Of a stretch of 64,000 nucleotides of DNA, positions 12,941 through 26,276 are shown piece by piece. The position numbers were made by a program, and so were the translations under genes. The stretch's first letter is position 1; each line of letters begins with the position of its first letter. The notes beneath the pieces were generated by a model that saw only the letters and a program-made list of their open reading frames with translations, was not told where the DNA came from and did no database searches. This DNA is from Oculina patagonica (Eukaryota), in the NCBI RefSeq assembly GCF_052425735.1, contig NC_135762.1, positions 7,440,001 to 7,504,000 on the forward strand, given 5' to 3'.

Positions 12941-13294
12941 ATTTTCCCGTTATGCAATCATGAATAAGATTCTGTGGTATTTTATCTGCAACTGTGTTGC
13001 CTTAAAACTTGCAAAGTACGTTTATATTTCACGCGATTTTGATTTTCATTGAGAACTAGAGCTTCCGATTTGTAACGTTCGAGTTCGCATGTTCTTGATT
13101 TAAAAATATGTATGGTCGTAAGTTGATTTCCTATTCACCGATGGGATAGTGATTAATCGAGTTAATCTGGCTTGTTTTTGAGTTTATGATGCCCGTCGTC
13201 AAACAAGCTTTTTTTCGAATTCCCTTAGCGAATTGGCGCAGAGAATGCAGCATGCAATCAAAGATTCAAACGTAACATTTTGATTACTGACAGA

Positions 13295-13450
13295 TTATAA
13301 ACAATTATTGGATGAGGTTTTTGTGATATTTGGAATAATCAAGGTCGAGCTAAGTGTTATCAAAATCCGAAGGCTGAGGCTGATAACACTAACCGAGACC
13401 TTGATTATTCCGGATGTCACAAAAACCGAATCTAATAATTGTTTTATTAT
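13295..13450. mobile_element. Hairpin repeat, possibly Crypton-like
   Basis: aaacaattatt...ggaataatcaaggtc / gaccttgattattcc...aataattgttt inverted arms around a ccgaaggctgaggc tip. Confidence 0.55.
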
Positions 13451-13689
13451 ACATTGTTTTTCTGTTAAAGAAAATAATGACAAACCTGTTTCTGGCTTGT
13501 CATCCTGCTTAATTGCTCTTGGTAATCATGCATTGCACGCACAACCTACAGATTAGTGAATAATCTGCTAGCAGATTATTGACTAATCTGTAGGTTGCGT
13601 GGATTCCCAGAATTGACTGTAGGCCCTTAGCCAATGAAAGACAGCTAGTGACTACAATGTATAATAAAATTAATTATTCTATAATCTAT

Positions 13690-13917
13690 TCCTTCATGGG
13701 AAAGATAGAATCCACAGAAATAACCTTCCCAATGTGTGGCTTCATAGCTCAGTCAATAGAGCATCGAACTTTCATATACATCCGCAGTTCATATATGAAT
13801 CATTTCATATACATTACATCATTTCACTCCTCTCACGGGAAAATATGAACTCACAATTGACCTCGCTCCCAATGTGTGGCTTCAATAGCTCAGTTGGTAG
13901 AACATCGCACCGGTATC

Positions 13918-13951
<34 letters not shown>

Positions 13952-14073
13952 TGAATTTTTTTCAGGCTTCTTTATTCCAATTGCTTAAATTGGAAATTCA
14001 CTGCGACAATCATTTATCACTTTCATATACATCCGCAGTTCATATATGAATCATTTCATATACATTACATCAT
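13690..14073 (+). repeat. tRNA-derived repeat, ~251-bp unit with terminal redundancy; tRNA-like cloverleaf at 13878-13950
   Basis: GGCTTCA/TGAAGCC acceptor stem, A-box TAGCTCAGTTGGT, B-box GGTTCGAATCCC; ~55-bp direct repeat at 13768-13822 and 14019-14073; relatives at 36942-37471 and ~55710-55800 (minus). Confidence 0.8.
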
Positions 14074-14108
14074 GACAACAACTGTTAATTTTTTCCCACA
14101 TGTATAGC

Positions 14109-14607
14109 ATCAGAAACCCATAAGGGTTGAAACGTGTAACTCCCTATGATTCGCATTGTACAAAGCGTTTGTACATTCATTCTCATTAAGTACCATATTT
14201 GGAAAATCACGAGAAACATTTAACCAATCAAAATTACTATATTTGGATTAAATTTACAGCGCGCGCTAGCTCGCACTCAATGGCTTAATCTTGTTTTTGA
14301 ACAAGCTTGGTTGAATAAAGTTAAATTTGGTTAAATTCTCCTGTGTCATCTCCTTGAAGTAGTCTGGAGAACTTCGCTTAGATACACTTAATGTATTTCT
14401 TTAGTTTCTGTAAGAAATTTATGGCATTTAAGTCGAAATTCAAGCAACTTACTGCAAAACCAAAAATTATTTTGCATGTGTCATTAAGTGTATAAAGCAT
14501 TCGCGTACAAATTCTTTGTGTTTTCAAATATGGTACTTAGCAAAATGAATATTCAAACCGGCGATGTGCGCACGTGTTACATGTTTCAACCCTTTTGGGT
14601 TTCTGAT
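14109..14607. mobile_element. TIR element, superfamily unassigned
   Basis: atcagaaacccataagggttgaaacgtgtaac / gttacatgtttcaacccttttgggtttctgat inverted ends. Confidence 0.65.
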
Positions 14608-15422
14608 AGCATTACAATGTAACATAACTTTTAGTCAATGCTACCTTCATTGAATTCAAACCTTGGACATAGTTAGATTGCAGACAAAAGCTTAACATAA
14701 TTCTTTGGCTGCCATCCAACTTTTTATTAACATGTGGGCATTGGATTATTCTGTTATTAGAACATCTTTATCAATTTTTTTCCTCAGATGTGAAACAGCG
14801 GACAATGGGTACCCTATACCATTAAACCTCCAAAACCAACACCATACATCTCTTAATACAGTTAAATGTAATTTAACATAGTTAACGACAAGGAGCAAGT
14901 CATTAGCGTGTTTCAGGCGTTTGTAGCGTTAAGCGTTTGGCGTATGTTTGTTAGTAGCATTCTGGTGGTGTTCACATGGTTGCTGAAGTGCTGGGTCGAG
15001 TCTGGTCCAGCAGTGTTTCCCTTTGGTATATGTGTAGCTATCCCATGTGCTTGCGTTTGTTGTTCGTAGTTCGATCGGCGTGGCGTTTTGTGTTAGTTTG
15101 TAGTAGCGTTCTCAGCGTTCCCTTCCCTCCCTCCCTGGGGTGTGGGCCATTTACTGGGACCTTGTGTTCAGTTTTCTTCCACTGAGTCATTTGGGCTTGA
15201 GTGTGATGGGTGCTCGGGTTCGGGGGCCTGGCACGGGGGGCTCATGGCTGGGTTGCTGGTTTGGGCAGGCCAGTCGGGTGTTCTGGCGCCTTGGGGGTGT
15301 GATTGCGATTGCAGCCCCCGGGCCCCTTGGGCACCTAACCTCTAATTGCGACGTGGGCATTAATCCTTCTTCTTCATCTCTCAATCTCTGCTGATCAGGT
15401 TTGCCTGACCATCAGCTCATCC

Positions 15423-18400
15423 ATGGCTTCCAACGGAGTGCCACCTCCTATACCTGGCAGGAGGCCTCCACCATCTGGGCCGCCTCCTCCTATTCCATCT
15501 AGAGTTGATCTTGGTGAGGCAACAGTCCAAGCCGTGAGCTCCACCAAAGAGCAAAGCAAGGATGAATTACCAAACAAAGGATCCCCAAAACTGAAGTATG
15601 AAGAAATGTCATTGTTTTTTGTTATGTACATACAGTTACTTTTTTATATACCTGTTCTTAAAGCCCTGTTCCAATATTTATTATTATTGCTTCAAAAGGG
15701 GCCTTAAGACTAACCTTCTTTAACATTTTATAGATAGCTATTTATTGTTTTGTAAAAATTTTTAACACTTAATGTTTAGATTTTACTACCGTTTTTATTG
15801 TTTTTACACATTTATTTTGTAAAGCACCCCATGGGCTTTTAAAAATGGCNNNNNNNNNNNNNNNNNNNNNNNNNNNNNNNNNNNNNNNNNNNNNNNNNNN
15901 NNNNNNNNNNNNNNNNNNNNNNNNNNNNNNNNNNNNNNNNNNNNNNNNNNNNNNNNNNNNNNNNNNNNNNNNNNNNNNNNNNNNNNNNNNNNNNNNNNNN
16001 NNNNNNNNNNATAAGTACCCTTTGTGTAATATATCAAACACAAGAGGCAGTGTTTCATCGGAATATCTAAACACCAAGAAGAGAGTTGAAAATATAACGT
16101 GCAGCAGAGTATTAATACTCGGATAACTGGAACTCGAACTTGGGTTATGTTGAGTAAAACGTATGGGTTTTATTGTTGAGTAACCTGTAAAAATCTTTTG
16201 ATTTAGCTTTAGCCCCCACCCTCCATGTTAATTTGTTGACACCTACTTAGAGAGGCACAATGAGAGTGCTCTAGAAATGTACATTGTACTACCACAGCAA
16301 TTTTCTAAACTTGTAAATATCTGCCTGATTAAAGCACACGCTTGTTTTTACTTAACAAAAAGCTACTCTTTTTCTCTCAGGGCTAAAGGGAGACCTGAAA
16401 TTAGCATAGTGTCAGCAAGACCGATGGATTCCACAGGAGTTATACCTCCTCCTTCAGTTCCCAGTCAACCTATTGCAGCACCTGAGATGCCTAAAGTCCC
16501 TCAAAAACCGGGCCGAAAATCAAAGGGCCGAGAACCACCACCTAGACCCAAGACCCGCCCTGTGAGTGAGCTCACATTGGGAACAGATGAACAGGATATG
16601 GGGCTAGCAAGTGGGGAGGAAGAACGAGAGGTTGAAGAGGGCACAAGCAAATCCGACGTGCTGAAGGAAGGGGCTGTGTCAAGGGTTGCTGGACCATTTG
16701 TTCCAGCAAAAAAGGTACCAGAGGAAAAATCCGAGGCTAGCGATGTTTCTGAAGAGAAGAACGGCTTGAGTCCGGCAGATAAATCGGAATTAACTCAAAG
16801 AGTGGAGCAGGAGATGGTGAAAGATGATCATTCTGTGAGGAAGCCTGCTGCAAAGCCAACTGTCATCAGAGCAAAACCTAAAGAAAATATAACTCAAAAT
16901 AACTCAAAGCCTCCAGTTGAGGTCGAGGGAGTTAAAGAAACGAAGCAAGACAGTAATGGTATTCCAGTTGAAAATGCAGCTACAGGAAAGAAGGTCAAAC
17001 CCACGGTAATTATCGCTGCTAAACCTCCTAAGAAGGCGGAAGCACAGACAGAGGAACAAAAAGTAGGAAAGGAACCAAGCAACGAAATAGCAAAACCTGT
17101 TACAACCAGTCAGGGAGGAAAGCCTCCTCCCCCCGCCAAGAAACCCAAACCACCTGTCAAAGCAAAACCTATTAGCACATTAGAAAGACAGAGTAAACCA
17201 CCGTCAGAGGAAAACAAGCCAGATAGTACAGCTGCTCCAAAACCAAAGATGAGACCAACTGTGATAGTGGCAGCAAAACCTCCCAAGATAAGTGAGGCAG
17301 CAAAGCCTGATGAGGAATCTTCCAAGAAGAAAGAAGAAGATCAACCTCAGGTAAAACCATCTACAGCCCCTGCGCCTGTGGAGGCGGTACAAGGAGCGCA
17401 CGACAAAGAAGAGACAGCCGCTGCCCCAGCCGTCAAACCGAAGCGTTTTCCTACCATCATAAGAGCGGCACCCCGCCCCGATGCGCCGGGCACTGGCGAG
17501 CAACAGAAAGCGCCTAAGAGGCCGCAGAGAGGACCGAGCATAAAGGCACCTCCGCGGCGACCTGTAAGTGCTCCTGCTGAAGAGAACAAAAAGCAAGAAA
17601 AACTCGCAGCAGATGAACAAGATGAACCAAGCAAGAGTGTCTCGGAACAGGTTGTGGAAAGCGTACAAGAGAAAACACCAAAACCGCAAAGACCAGTCAG
17701 TTTACATGGAGTTAAGGACAGCGAAGTGCTGAAAGATGTAAAGAAATTAGACCACGCAAGATCTCCAGTGGAGGAGTCGGACGCTCTGACTAGAAAAGGC
17801 TCAAGGAAAAGACCTCCTCCGCCCAGACCTCCCACGGTAGAGCCTGCCGGTGAGGAAAGAGATTTGTCCCCAGAGACACCCGATAAAAAGCCAGACGCGG
17901 ATGAAAAAGCCAAAGGGAAAGTCAGGCCCCCTCCGCCCAGACCTCCCACGGTAGAACCTGTCGGTGAGAAAGGGGATTTGACTTCAGAGACACACGATCA
18001 AAAGCAAGACTCGGATGAAAAATTCAAAGGGAAAACCAGGCCTCCTCCCCCCAGACCTCCTACAGGAGAACCTGTCGGTGAGAAGGGAAATGCGAGTCCA
18101 GAGGCACACGATAAAACGCAACACGATGATGAGACATCCAAAGGGAAAACCCGGCCTCCTGCGCCCAGACCTCCCACGGTAGAATCTGTAGGTGGGAAAG
18201 GGGATTCGAGCCCAGAGACGCACGCTAAAACGCAAGGCCCGGATGAAAAGTCAAAAAGGAAAAACAGACCACCCAGGCCGTCCTCTAGGGTATTAGATGA
18301 AAAGCATCCGAAACACTCACACATTGAAACAGAAGAAAGTCACACGCACGAGAAGACCAAACCAGTTAGACCGGCACCAGTAGCACCCAACCAATCACAC

Positions 18401-21400
18401 GTCACGAGCAAAAATGTGCACGAAGCGGAGACTCGAACAGTGGCACAGTCATCAGCTGACGATCACGTGCAAGAAACGTCACATGCACGTGACTCTGCTC
18501 GAGGAGCAGATCACTCTACTGCTGAAGTTCACGAAAAGGAAAAGAGTGAAAAGGCTTCATCAAAGGCCAAACCAAAACCAGCTCGACTGGCTCCGTCTTC
18601 AACATCCACAACAAAGAACAAGCCACACAGACCATCAGCGCCAGCAACAAAGTAAGTGAAATTTGTCCCTTTTTGACATATACTTAGAATACGAGGTATA
18701 TCTCGTCACATGATTACCGGGGAAAGTAAGATGCGTTGAAATTTATCGTCGAGATCGATTTCGGGCTCAGGACTCCCAGGAATTTTGTAGGATAAAGTCT
18801 CCATAGAGCGCTTTTCAATAAAGTGTCGTAAAAAAAGTAATAGCTCTGGCCAATCACAAAAGGCACAGCCAATCCAGTGAGCCAATCAAAACTCGAGGTA
18901 AATACATGTAGCCGCGCAAAGCGCCGCAAAACGTGTGAACAAGCCACAATTGGTTCCGTTTTACTTCTGATTGAATAAGAAGGTGGCGCGAAATTTCTAA
19001 ACTAATCAGCAAGCGTAGTAATGCGAAACCAAAATCGCTCTTAAGCGTGCCGTTTTACTTATTTTAATAAGTAAAACGGCACGCTTAAGTTCTTGTGGTT
19101 TCCGTTATCTCATATAGAGCAGTTTTCAATTGAGTGTCGTAAAACCAAAACCAAAGTAATTACTCTGGCCAATCACAAAGGACACAGACAATCCAGTGAA
19201 CCAATCAAAACTCGAAGCAAATACATGTAGCAGGCACGAAGCGCGGGAAAACGTGCGCGAGCGAATCACGATTGGTTTTGGTTTAACTCCTGATTGGCTG
19301 AGAAAGTGGCGCGAGATTTTTAAGCCAATCACTAAGCGTAGTAATGCAAAACCAAAGCAAACGCAATTTACTTTCGACACTCAAGTGAAAACCGCTCTAT
19401 ATCGTTTTGAATAATTCATTTCAGGACCACCAAAGAACCAAAGAAGAAGACGGCTCCAACGCAAGTATCATCTGTTTGTGAGACATACATAGAGCCGTCT
19501 GCCATTGCTCTGTATGATTACGAGCCTACTGCAATAGATGACCTGTCTTTTAATGTAAGTGACGCTCATATAACTTTTTAGCTTTAGTCGGTACAAGGGA
19601 GACCAAGGGAGGTCGGAGTGTGGTGAGGGCCTGTTGTGGGAGGGGGGGGGGGGATGGTCGGGGACGTCAGGCGTAAGGGATGTTTAACAGGACCCAGGAC
19701 CTTATCTGGTGGGTATGACCGTGGAGAAGTACTGCTAAGCTGAGAAATTTTAGTTGCCGTTATAGTGTTTATGCGCAAGGTAAGCTTACGATCGCGTACG
19801 ATCAGATTGTACGCTATCAACCAAAACGCTTGCAACGCAGGCTAGCGCAAACTGAACAGAGTGCAAAAGTGGTCTAGGAATCCCTACGAAAACAGCAACG
19901 AGCGCTTGAAAACGTTTGAAATTGCGCGCCCAAAAAGGCAAAGTGCCCGCGACCTAAATCGACTCATTTTAACAATCCAACCAGATTAGCGATTGCTCTC
20001 ACCACATGCTCTCCCTCACGAAGAGTGAGAAGATCTGACCATCCGTGAGATTGAAAGCTAAGGTGGATGTCTTCTGTATTAGTAGTTCACAATGTACTTC
20101 ATGTAAATATTCTGCCGTCTTTGTTCGCCAACAGGCAGGAGATGAAATAACGCTTGTGAAAAAGATAGATGACGGCTGGTACATCGGTCGGCTTGGCGAT
20201 CAGGAAGGAATGTTTCCGGTGAAGTTTGTGGAAATCATAGAGGATCTTCCTCAGGAAACGGCGCCCGAAACTCAAGTATACTTCACAGAATTTTCCTCTC
20301 TTCTTACGTTTTAAATCCAATTAATCAAAGTCGTTTTAATGTGTGTTTATTTGGAGAAACGCTGTCCCTGAAATGAGGTTTCGCCTCCATGCCGAGCCAC
20401 TGCGGGCGAGAGCTTTTCATACATTTCTCCATAAATTGCTGCGAACTGTTTATATGAGAGGTCGCAAAGTTGGCTCGGGGGGCAGGGTGTCCCTGGATGG
20501 AGGGTATATAGCTCGCTTCGAAAGTAGAGTGACCCTTGGGGGCTAGCCTGCTTTTTTATGTTAACACTTTGGCTCTATTTGACACGCTTACCAGGGACAA
20601 GTCTGGACTTTCAGACCGTTCGTAGCCTGCGAACAGGCTCCCCAGCCTAGGGCGAAAGGAAAATGGCGGGCGAAGCGCGCCGAGCATCGTCTTCATCCTA
20701 CTTTCTCTTTGCCCCTCCTCGACCTGAGAGCCGATGTTCACAGGCTTGAGCATTCGTGAAACCAGGAGGGCCAATTTTTTCGCTCAGTTTGCAGGGACAA
20801 GTTTTCTCATATAAACGCTCGGTAAAAGATGACATCTTATCTTTCTGTTTCTACAGCCGGTCACAGCGCCTGAAAGGTCCCCATTTGATGTGATGGCATT
20901 GTACGATTTCCATGGAAACCAACAAGATGGCGAGCTAGTCTTCGCGGCTGGAGAGAACATTCACGTGATCGAGAAGATCGACGACGATTGGCTAAGAGGG
21001 GAATACCGTGGACGGACTGGGGCTTTTCCATGTAGTTTCGTTGACATAAGCACAGAACTCATTAACAAATTACCTCAAAGTGAACAAAGTGCGACGGTTC
21101 CCAAAAGCGATGATGGAGAATCTTCCGATTCGGGGATTGTCTTGCACTGCAAGGCCTTGTTCGATTACGACAGTGAGGTCCCGGATGATCTCAGTTTTCA
21201 CGCTGGAGATGTCATCAAAATCAAGAGGAAAATAAGCGAGGAATGGTTTGAAGGCGAAATTAATGGCCGAGTGGGAATGTTTCCGGCGGCTTATGTGGAA
21301 ATTGTCAAAGATATGCCAAAGGAAAAGAATAAACCAGGTAAACTGTAGCAGCTGTTTACAGACGTAGCTTTAGATGACACATTGACAATGACTGAAACAT

Positions 21401-24327
21401 ATAGAGGAGCTCGCGCGCGCGCCGAAGAGCGGAGCCCCATACCCAAGAAAATTCGGTAAACCTATGGAGCTGAAAAATTTTGATTGTCACGTGGTTGTTT
21501 GTCCGCCCGTTTGCACCAAACGCAAAGTAAACCCGGGCCAAACGAGAACGCGAATTAGTAAGAGTTCAAAGTTCTCGCGGGCTATCGGCGACTCTCGTGT
21601 TCTCTTACGGCAAGCAAAGATGCCCAAATTGTTTTGAAAGTCGTCGAGGGCTTTCTCTCGTTGCCCATCCTCGCGTACAACTTAAGGAAAACTCTTGTGC
21701 AAGTTTTACCCTAAGCTATAGGATTCTCTCGTTTTCTTCTACCCCCGAGCTTAAAACATTGCTTTTGGCAGCCAGACACAAGTTGAAAGTTCTCTTTTGC
21801 GAAGCCAGGGCTTGAGACTAACTTTTTAACTCACTGTTTTTTTGGCTAATGACAAGTCAAATTTTACTAGCCAAAAGTAATTTTTCACTAGTCAGATATA
21901 ATGATATCTATCAAGAACTGTTGAGAATGCTAAACCTGGTAGCCAAAACCTAAATTTAAGTGGTCTTTGGCAGTGGCTAGTTGGCAACCGGAAGTCTGCC
22001 TGTGTGCGTGATTCCTTTCAGTTTTACCACAGTCATTGTAGTAGTAACTGGTTCACTGACTCATCTAATATTCTTTTCCGTCTTTCCCTAAGATGAGGTC
22101 GCCAAACATCACGTGGTCGAGTACGGTACCGCGTTGTATGACTTTACGGGCTCGGCAGCTGACGAATTGTCGTTCAAGAAAGGAGACAAAATAGAGATCA
22201 CAGAAAGAGTTAGCGACGACTGGCTGAGAGGGAAACATAGTGGAAGGGAAGGAATGTTGCCTCGGGCTTTCGTTCAGCTTTCGAAAGCAGAGCCAGGTGC
22301 GAGGAAAAATTATGAACCCTCAAAATACCGCAATGGCGAGTTTCAAACCAAAACGTTTCGGCACACCCCTTCCCTGCCTGTCACTTTTTTCCCTAGAGTA
22401 CCCCCGCCCTGGCCGAAGTCATTGTGTTTTGTTCTTTGGCAAGACACTTTACTCTCACAGTGCTTCTCTCCACCCAGGTGTATAAATGGGTACCGGTGAA
22501 CTTATTGCTTGGGGGTAACCATGCGATGGACTAGCATCTCATCCAATGGGGGAGTAGGAATACTCCTAGTCGCTTTATGCTACTGAAACCGGGATAAGCT
22601 CCAGTAGCTAGTAGGCTCGAACGCAGACTTGACCTTCCCCCTCCCCAACCCGAGTGAGAGCTAACTCGTAGTCTTTAAAACCGAAGACGTGGCTACAGTT
22701 TCATAATTTGATCTCTATTCTTCATCTAGCCTAGCCTGCGTGGCCGGCGTTCAAAGGGGAAGGAGAAGGGGAGTTCGAGCGCGAAGCGCGAGGTGCGAGG
22801 AGAGAGCGCGAAGCGCGATCGGGGAAGGAGGGAAGGGGAACGCCTGCACTGACGCTATTGTTTTTGTCGTTTTTTACGTCCAGATTCTGGACGCAAAAAT
22901 CGTGATTGGTCAGAATTTATAGAGTGTGAAAATTGATTGTTCTGATCAGTCAGATGTATGTCATTCAATCGATTAATTTGATGGCTGTGGTCTGTTCTCA
23001 ACTTTCATTCCATGCAGATGAATCCAATGGCGAATGTTATGAGCGATTTCTCTGCGAAGCGGTTGATTCTTTAAAAGAAATCGGCCGTTGTAGGATTTGG
23101 TATCAAACTACTGAATTTGCGAAGAAATTATAACAAGTTATAGCAGCCGGTAAGCGCTACACGCTGTGAGTTATAAAGCTGTTTGGGTCACGGCCGGTTG
23201 CAACCGGACGCCATAAACTCGAACACCGGAAACGCTGCTTGATTGAAATAAACTAGCCTGATAAACGTTCTCTCAGTCTCAGAACGGCAACTTTCGTAAC
23301 AAATCCGCAGTTGAAGGGTGCAAGGAAGATATATCTGACCTGATCTACCATGAAAACATTTTGTTTTGCCATATTTCTGACAAGAAGACGAGAAGAAAAG
23401 AAATTAGATAGGCAATTCGAACGGTGAAGGGTTTTATTCCCCGCGAAAATCGGCACCAATCAGATTGGATAATTTTGACAGCCAGACGTAAAACAGAGGG
23501 CAAGCAGATGACAAGTACCTGAGGGGCAGTATGAAAAAAACAATAGCGTCAGGGCAGGCGTTCCCCTTCCCCCTTCTCCGATCGCGCTTCGCGCTCTCTC
23601 CTCGCACCTCACGCTCGAACTTCCCTTTCTCCTTCCCCTTTGAACGCCGGCCACGCAGGCTATTCTTCATCCTCCTCCTCCTCCTCCTCCTCCTCCTCCT
23701 CCTCCTTTGTCACACTTCACGATCACGTCTCCCTTAACAGAGCTATCTTTATTTTGATTACTGTTTCAATTCCTTTAGAGCCTGGTCTCCAATCTGTTAT
23801 AAAGAATAAGAAACAGACACCCAAGGCCAAGGCTTTGTTTGACTTCGATGGAGAATTTGAAGATGAGCTGTCTTTCAAGGTAAGCGTGTACTGCTTATTG
23901 TTTTTGTTGGGATTGTTTAGGATTGTCGAGTGTTAAGTTTGAAAGAAAGGAACGTGGCGCGAAACTCATGCGCGTGACGCGTTATTTTTAAGCGCGAGCT
24001 AACGTGTTGCCTTTTTAAATCGCGTGTAGCAGCTTTGATTATTTGTAACTGATGAAGGCTTAAGCAATAGCCGAAACGTCTTGAAAAATAACATCAAAAC
24101 ACAGTCAGCGACAAACCATACAATTACACCTCGTTTTAGTTAATTGAGGTAACATAGTTTAATTCCATGAATCGTGCTAACTTGTGTGTGTTTATTTTTT
24201 CATTCAGACGGGTGACGTCATTGTCTTGCTGGAGCGTATAAACGACGAGTGGTTCCAAGGTGAAATTAACAAGAAATTCGGTCGATTTCCTGCAGCGTTT
24301 GTCGAAGTTCTGACACCGCTATCTTGA
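15423..24327 (+). CDS. SH3D19: SH3 domain-containing protein 19-like adaptor (~1206 aa: Pro-rich N-terminus plus five SH3 domains)
   Basis: Exons 15423-15595, 16381-18651, 19425-19554, 20135-20275, 20857-21337, 22093-22296, 23779-23879, 24208-24327, all GT-AG and in phase. Five ALYD/ALFD...W..G...G.FP SH3 motifs (one is GMLP). The N-gap in intron 1 could hide an exon. Confidence 0.85.
17805..18290 (+). repeat. Coding tandem repeat, 114 bp (38 aa) x ~4.3
   Basis: cccagacct recurs at 17822, 17936, 18050, 18164; unit RPPPPRPPTVEP.GE....SPETHD....DEK.KGK. Confidence 0.9.
19115..19399 (+). mobile_element. CCAATCA-rich MITE with tagagc(a/g)gttttca TIRs; other copies ~18803-19040, 30942-31227 (minus), ~41267-41540
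   Basis: tagagcagttttca...tgaaaaccgctcta; several homologous copies within the window. Confidence 0.8.
22400..22640 (+). mobile_element. SINE body, 5'-truncated; related pieces at ~8500-8555 and ~52676-52860
   Basis: Shared blocks caagacactttactctcacagtgc and gatggactagcatc(c/t)catcca...gggagtag between copies. Confidence 0.65.
22727..23662. mobile_element. AcademH-like non-autonomous transposon
   Basis: ~130-bp TIRs TAGCCTGCGTGGCCGGCGTTCAAAGG / CCTTTGAACGCCGGCCACGCAGGCTA; exact 9-bp TSD TTCTTCATC (22718-22726, 23663-23671); terminal TAGCC doubled on the left. Confidence 0.85.
24039..24091 (+). ncRNA. Minimal type-I hammerhead ribozyme motif (Penelope-like element relic)
   Basis: CTGATGA (24049-24055), stem II ggct...agcc, GAAACGTC (24073-24080); imperfect stem I ttatttgtaa / ttgaaaaataa. 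Confidence 0.7.
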
Positions 24328-25544
24328 GCTCTCTCTGAAGTCGAGAAATAAAAAAAAAAAAACAGATATAGCTTCCAAAGTATTTGTGCGTAGCTGGCTG
24401 ATTCGTTGGCATGCGATGGCGAATTACACGGACGGCGAAGCCGCGGGAGGAATGGGGCGAAAGGAATATCTCACTCCGTTCCTACCTATTTTTCTCGCGT
24501 CTTCGCCGTACTATTTTAGCATCATGCGAAAAAAACTGTTAAGTTGATCCTGTGGACAAGTTAGAACTAGACCAATAGAGCAGTCTTCAGTGGATTTGCG
24601 GTTGGAAAGTTGTCTGAGTATTATTGACCACGGCAGCCTTCACATAAAATTACCTTGTCGCAGTTTGAACCGCAAATTCTTAGGTTGGCAAACACATTGA
24701 AAATTGCAATCAATGATTGTATGGGAACCCATTGATTGTCAAGTATTTCCACCAGAAAATTTACGAATGTGTGGAATTCTTGGGATTCAGTTGCAGTATT
24801 TTTGGGAAGTTCAAGAAGTCAATCGTTTTGAAATTATGTTCTGATAGAAGAAAAGGGAAAAGAATTGTTCTGGTGAAAAAAAAAATTGACATTGGATTCC
24901 CATATTCTAAGGGGACAGACCATGAACGTAATGGCACTCCTGATGTTTGCCTGCCTTTTTGCTAGTGTTTTTTTAATTTTTTTTATTACAGTAACTATAT
25001 TAAACTATCATTTTCAATTATTTTCACTTGTGTGAATTATTTTCAATTGTTTGACTTCGCCTCTTCAGGCTGGAAAAGTATTGTCAATTTTGTTTCTTAA
25101 TTGACATATTTTTTATTCCGAAAAAGCAATTTTTGAAATTAAGTAAAAGAAATCAAGTTTTATAACAACGAAAAATGTTGTAAAGCGATAAAAATTGTGA
25201 TGTATGATATTCAAAACTAATCCGAAGTAATTGAATGGGACATTTGCCTCTTTATGTGGCATGTGAGAGGAAATTAGATGTAATTATTATAAAGCTAATG
25301 GAAAATGGAAATCTTTATTAAACAAAATATTTTTGTAAATTGTTGTCCTCTCTAACGCAAACACTTTTTTGACACCTCTCGGTCCTTAGACCTCAGATGT
25401 CTTGTTTAAACCTGTTTAGCCAGATTTGTAAGATAAAGGCGAACGCAGACTTGGAGTCGGGTTTTGCAGGGAAAACCAAGTTAGCTTGAAATAATTCGGG
25501 TAATAATATGCGCGCTTTCAATATAAACCAGGGAAGATAGCTTA

Positions 25545-25941
25545 GGCCCGGTTCAGACGCCGTACTTTTCATGAGCCGAACTCAATTCGAATTTGGACCG
25601 ACCCAAATTGACAAAAGTACGCCTCTTGATTCAGACGCCGTACTTTTTGGCCATTCCGAGGCCGTTCCTAATACAGATCCAATAAAACCAATCAAAGTTT
25701 TCAAAATACATTATAATGATTTATGAATTAGGATCGGCACATGAAAAGTACGGCGTCTGAATCAAAGTCGTTCCAAAGGCGTTCCACAGGCGAAATTCTC
25801 GGCCAAGCCAGGCGGGAAGAACGGGTGAGCCGTTCCAAATTGAAATAGCCGTTCTATTTTGATTCAGACGCCGATCTTTTCATGTTTTTAATTTAAGGAA
25901 TTAGGTTCGGCTCATGATATGATCGGCGTCTGAACCCGGCC
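25545..25941. mobile_element. PIF/Harbinger-like MITE
   Basis: TTA|ggcccggttcagacgccg...cggcgtctgaacccggcc|TTA; internal tcagacgccg repeats. Confidence 0.8.
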
Positions 25942-26276
25942 TTAGCGTGGTAAAGGGGGCGGTCTAGATCACGTTTGCACGCCAATAAAATGGCCATTTT
26001 ACGTCAAACTGAAACGTATAAGTTGTGCCTGAATGCGCCCAGTCCATCAGCCACTTCTCGCTCATCAGTTTGCCTTGGACGTCCGGCACGGTGTCTTCAG
26101 GCTTCCGTTTGTTCATCAGAGTTGAATCAAAATGAAGTTTTCCACACTTTTGTTTGCACATTTTTCCACAGTCAATCTGACAGGGTTTTACACACCAAGG
26201 TATGTAGAACCTAACGTAAGGAGGCCTATTGTCTTGTCTCTCACGCCTTACCTTGTTAACTTTTAAACCTATATCC

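Noticed and set aside
13878-13950. tRNA-Thr(GGT) gene
   Set aside because: No U33, mismatches in the anticodon and D stems, an anticodon rare in eukaryotes, and it sits in a multi-copy repeat.
15769-16126. ORFs spanning N-runs (also 52148-52475)
   Set aside because: Assembly-gap artefacts.
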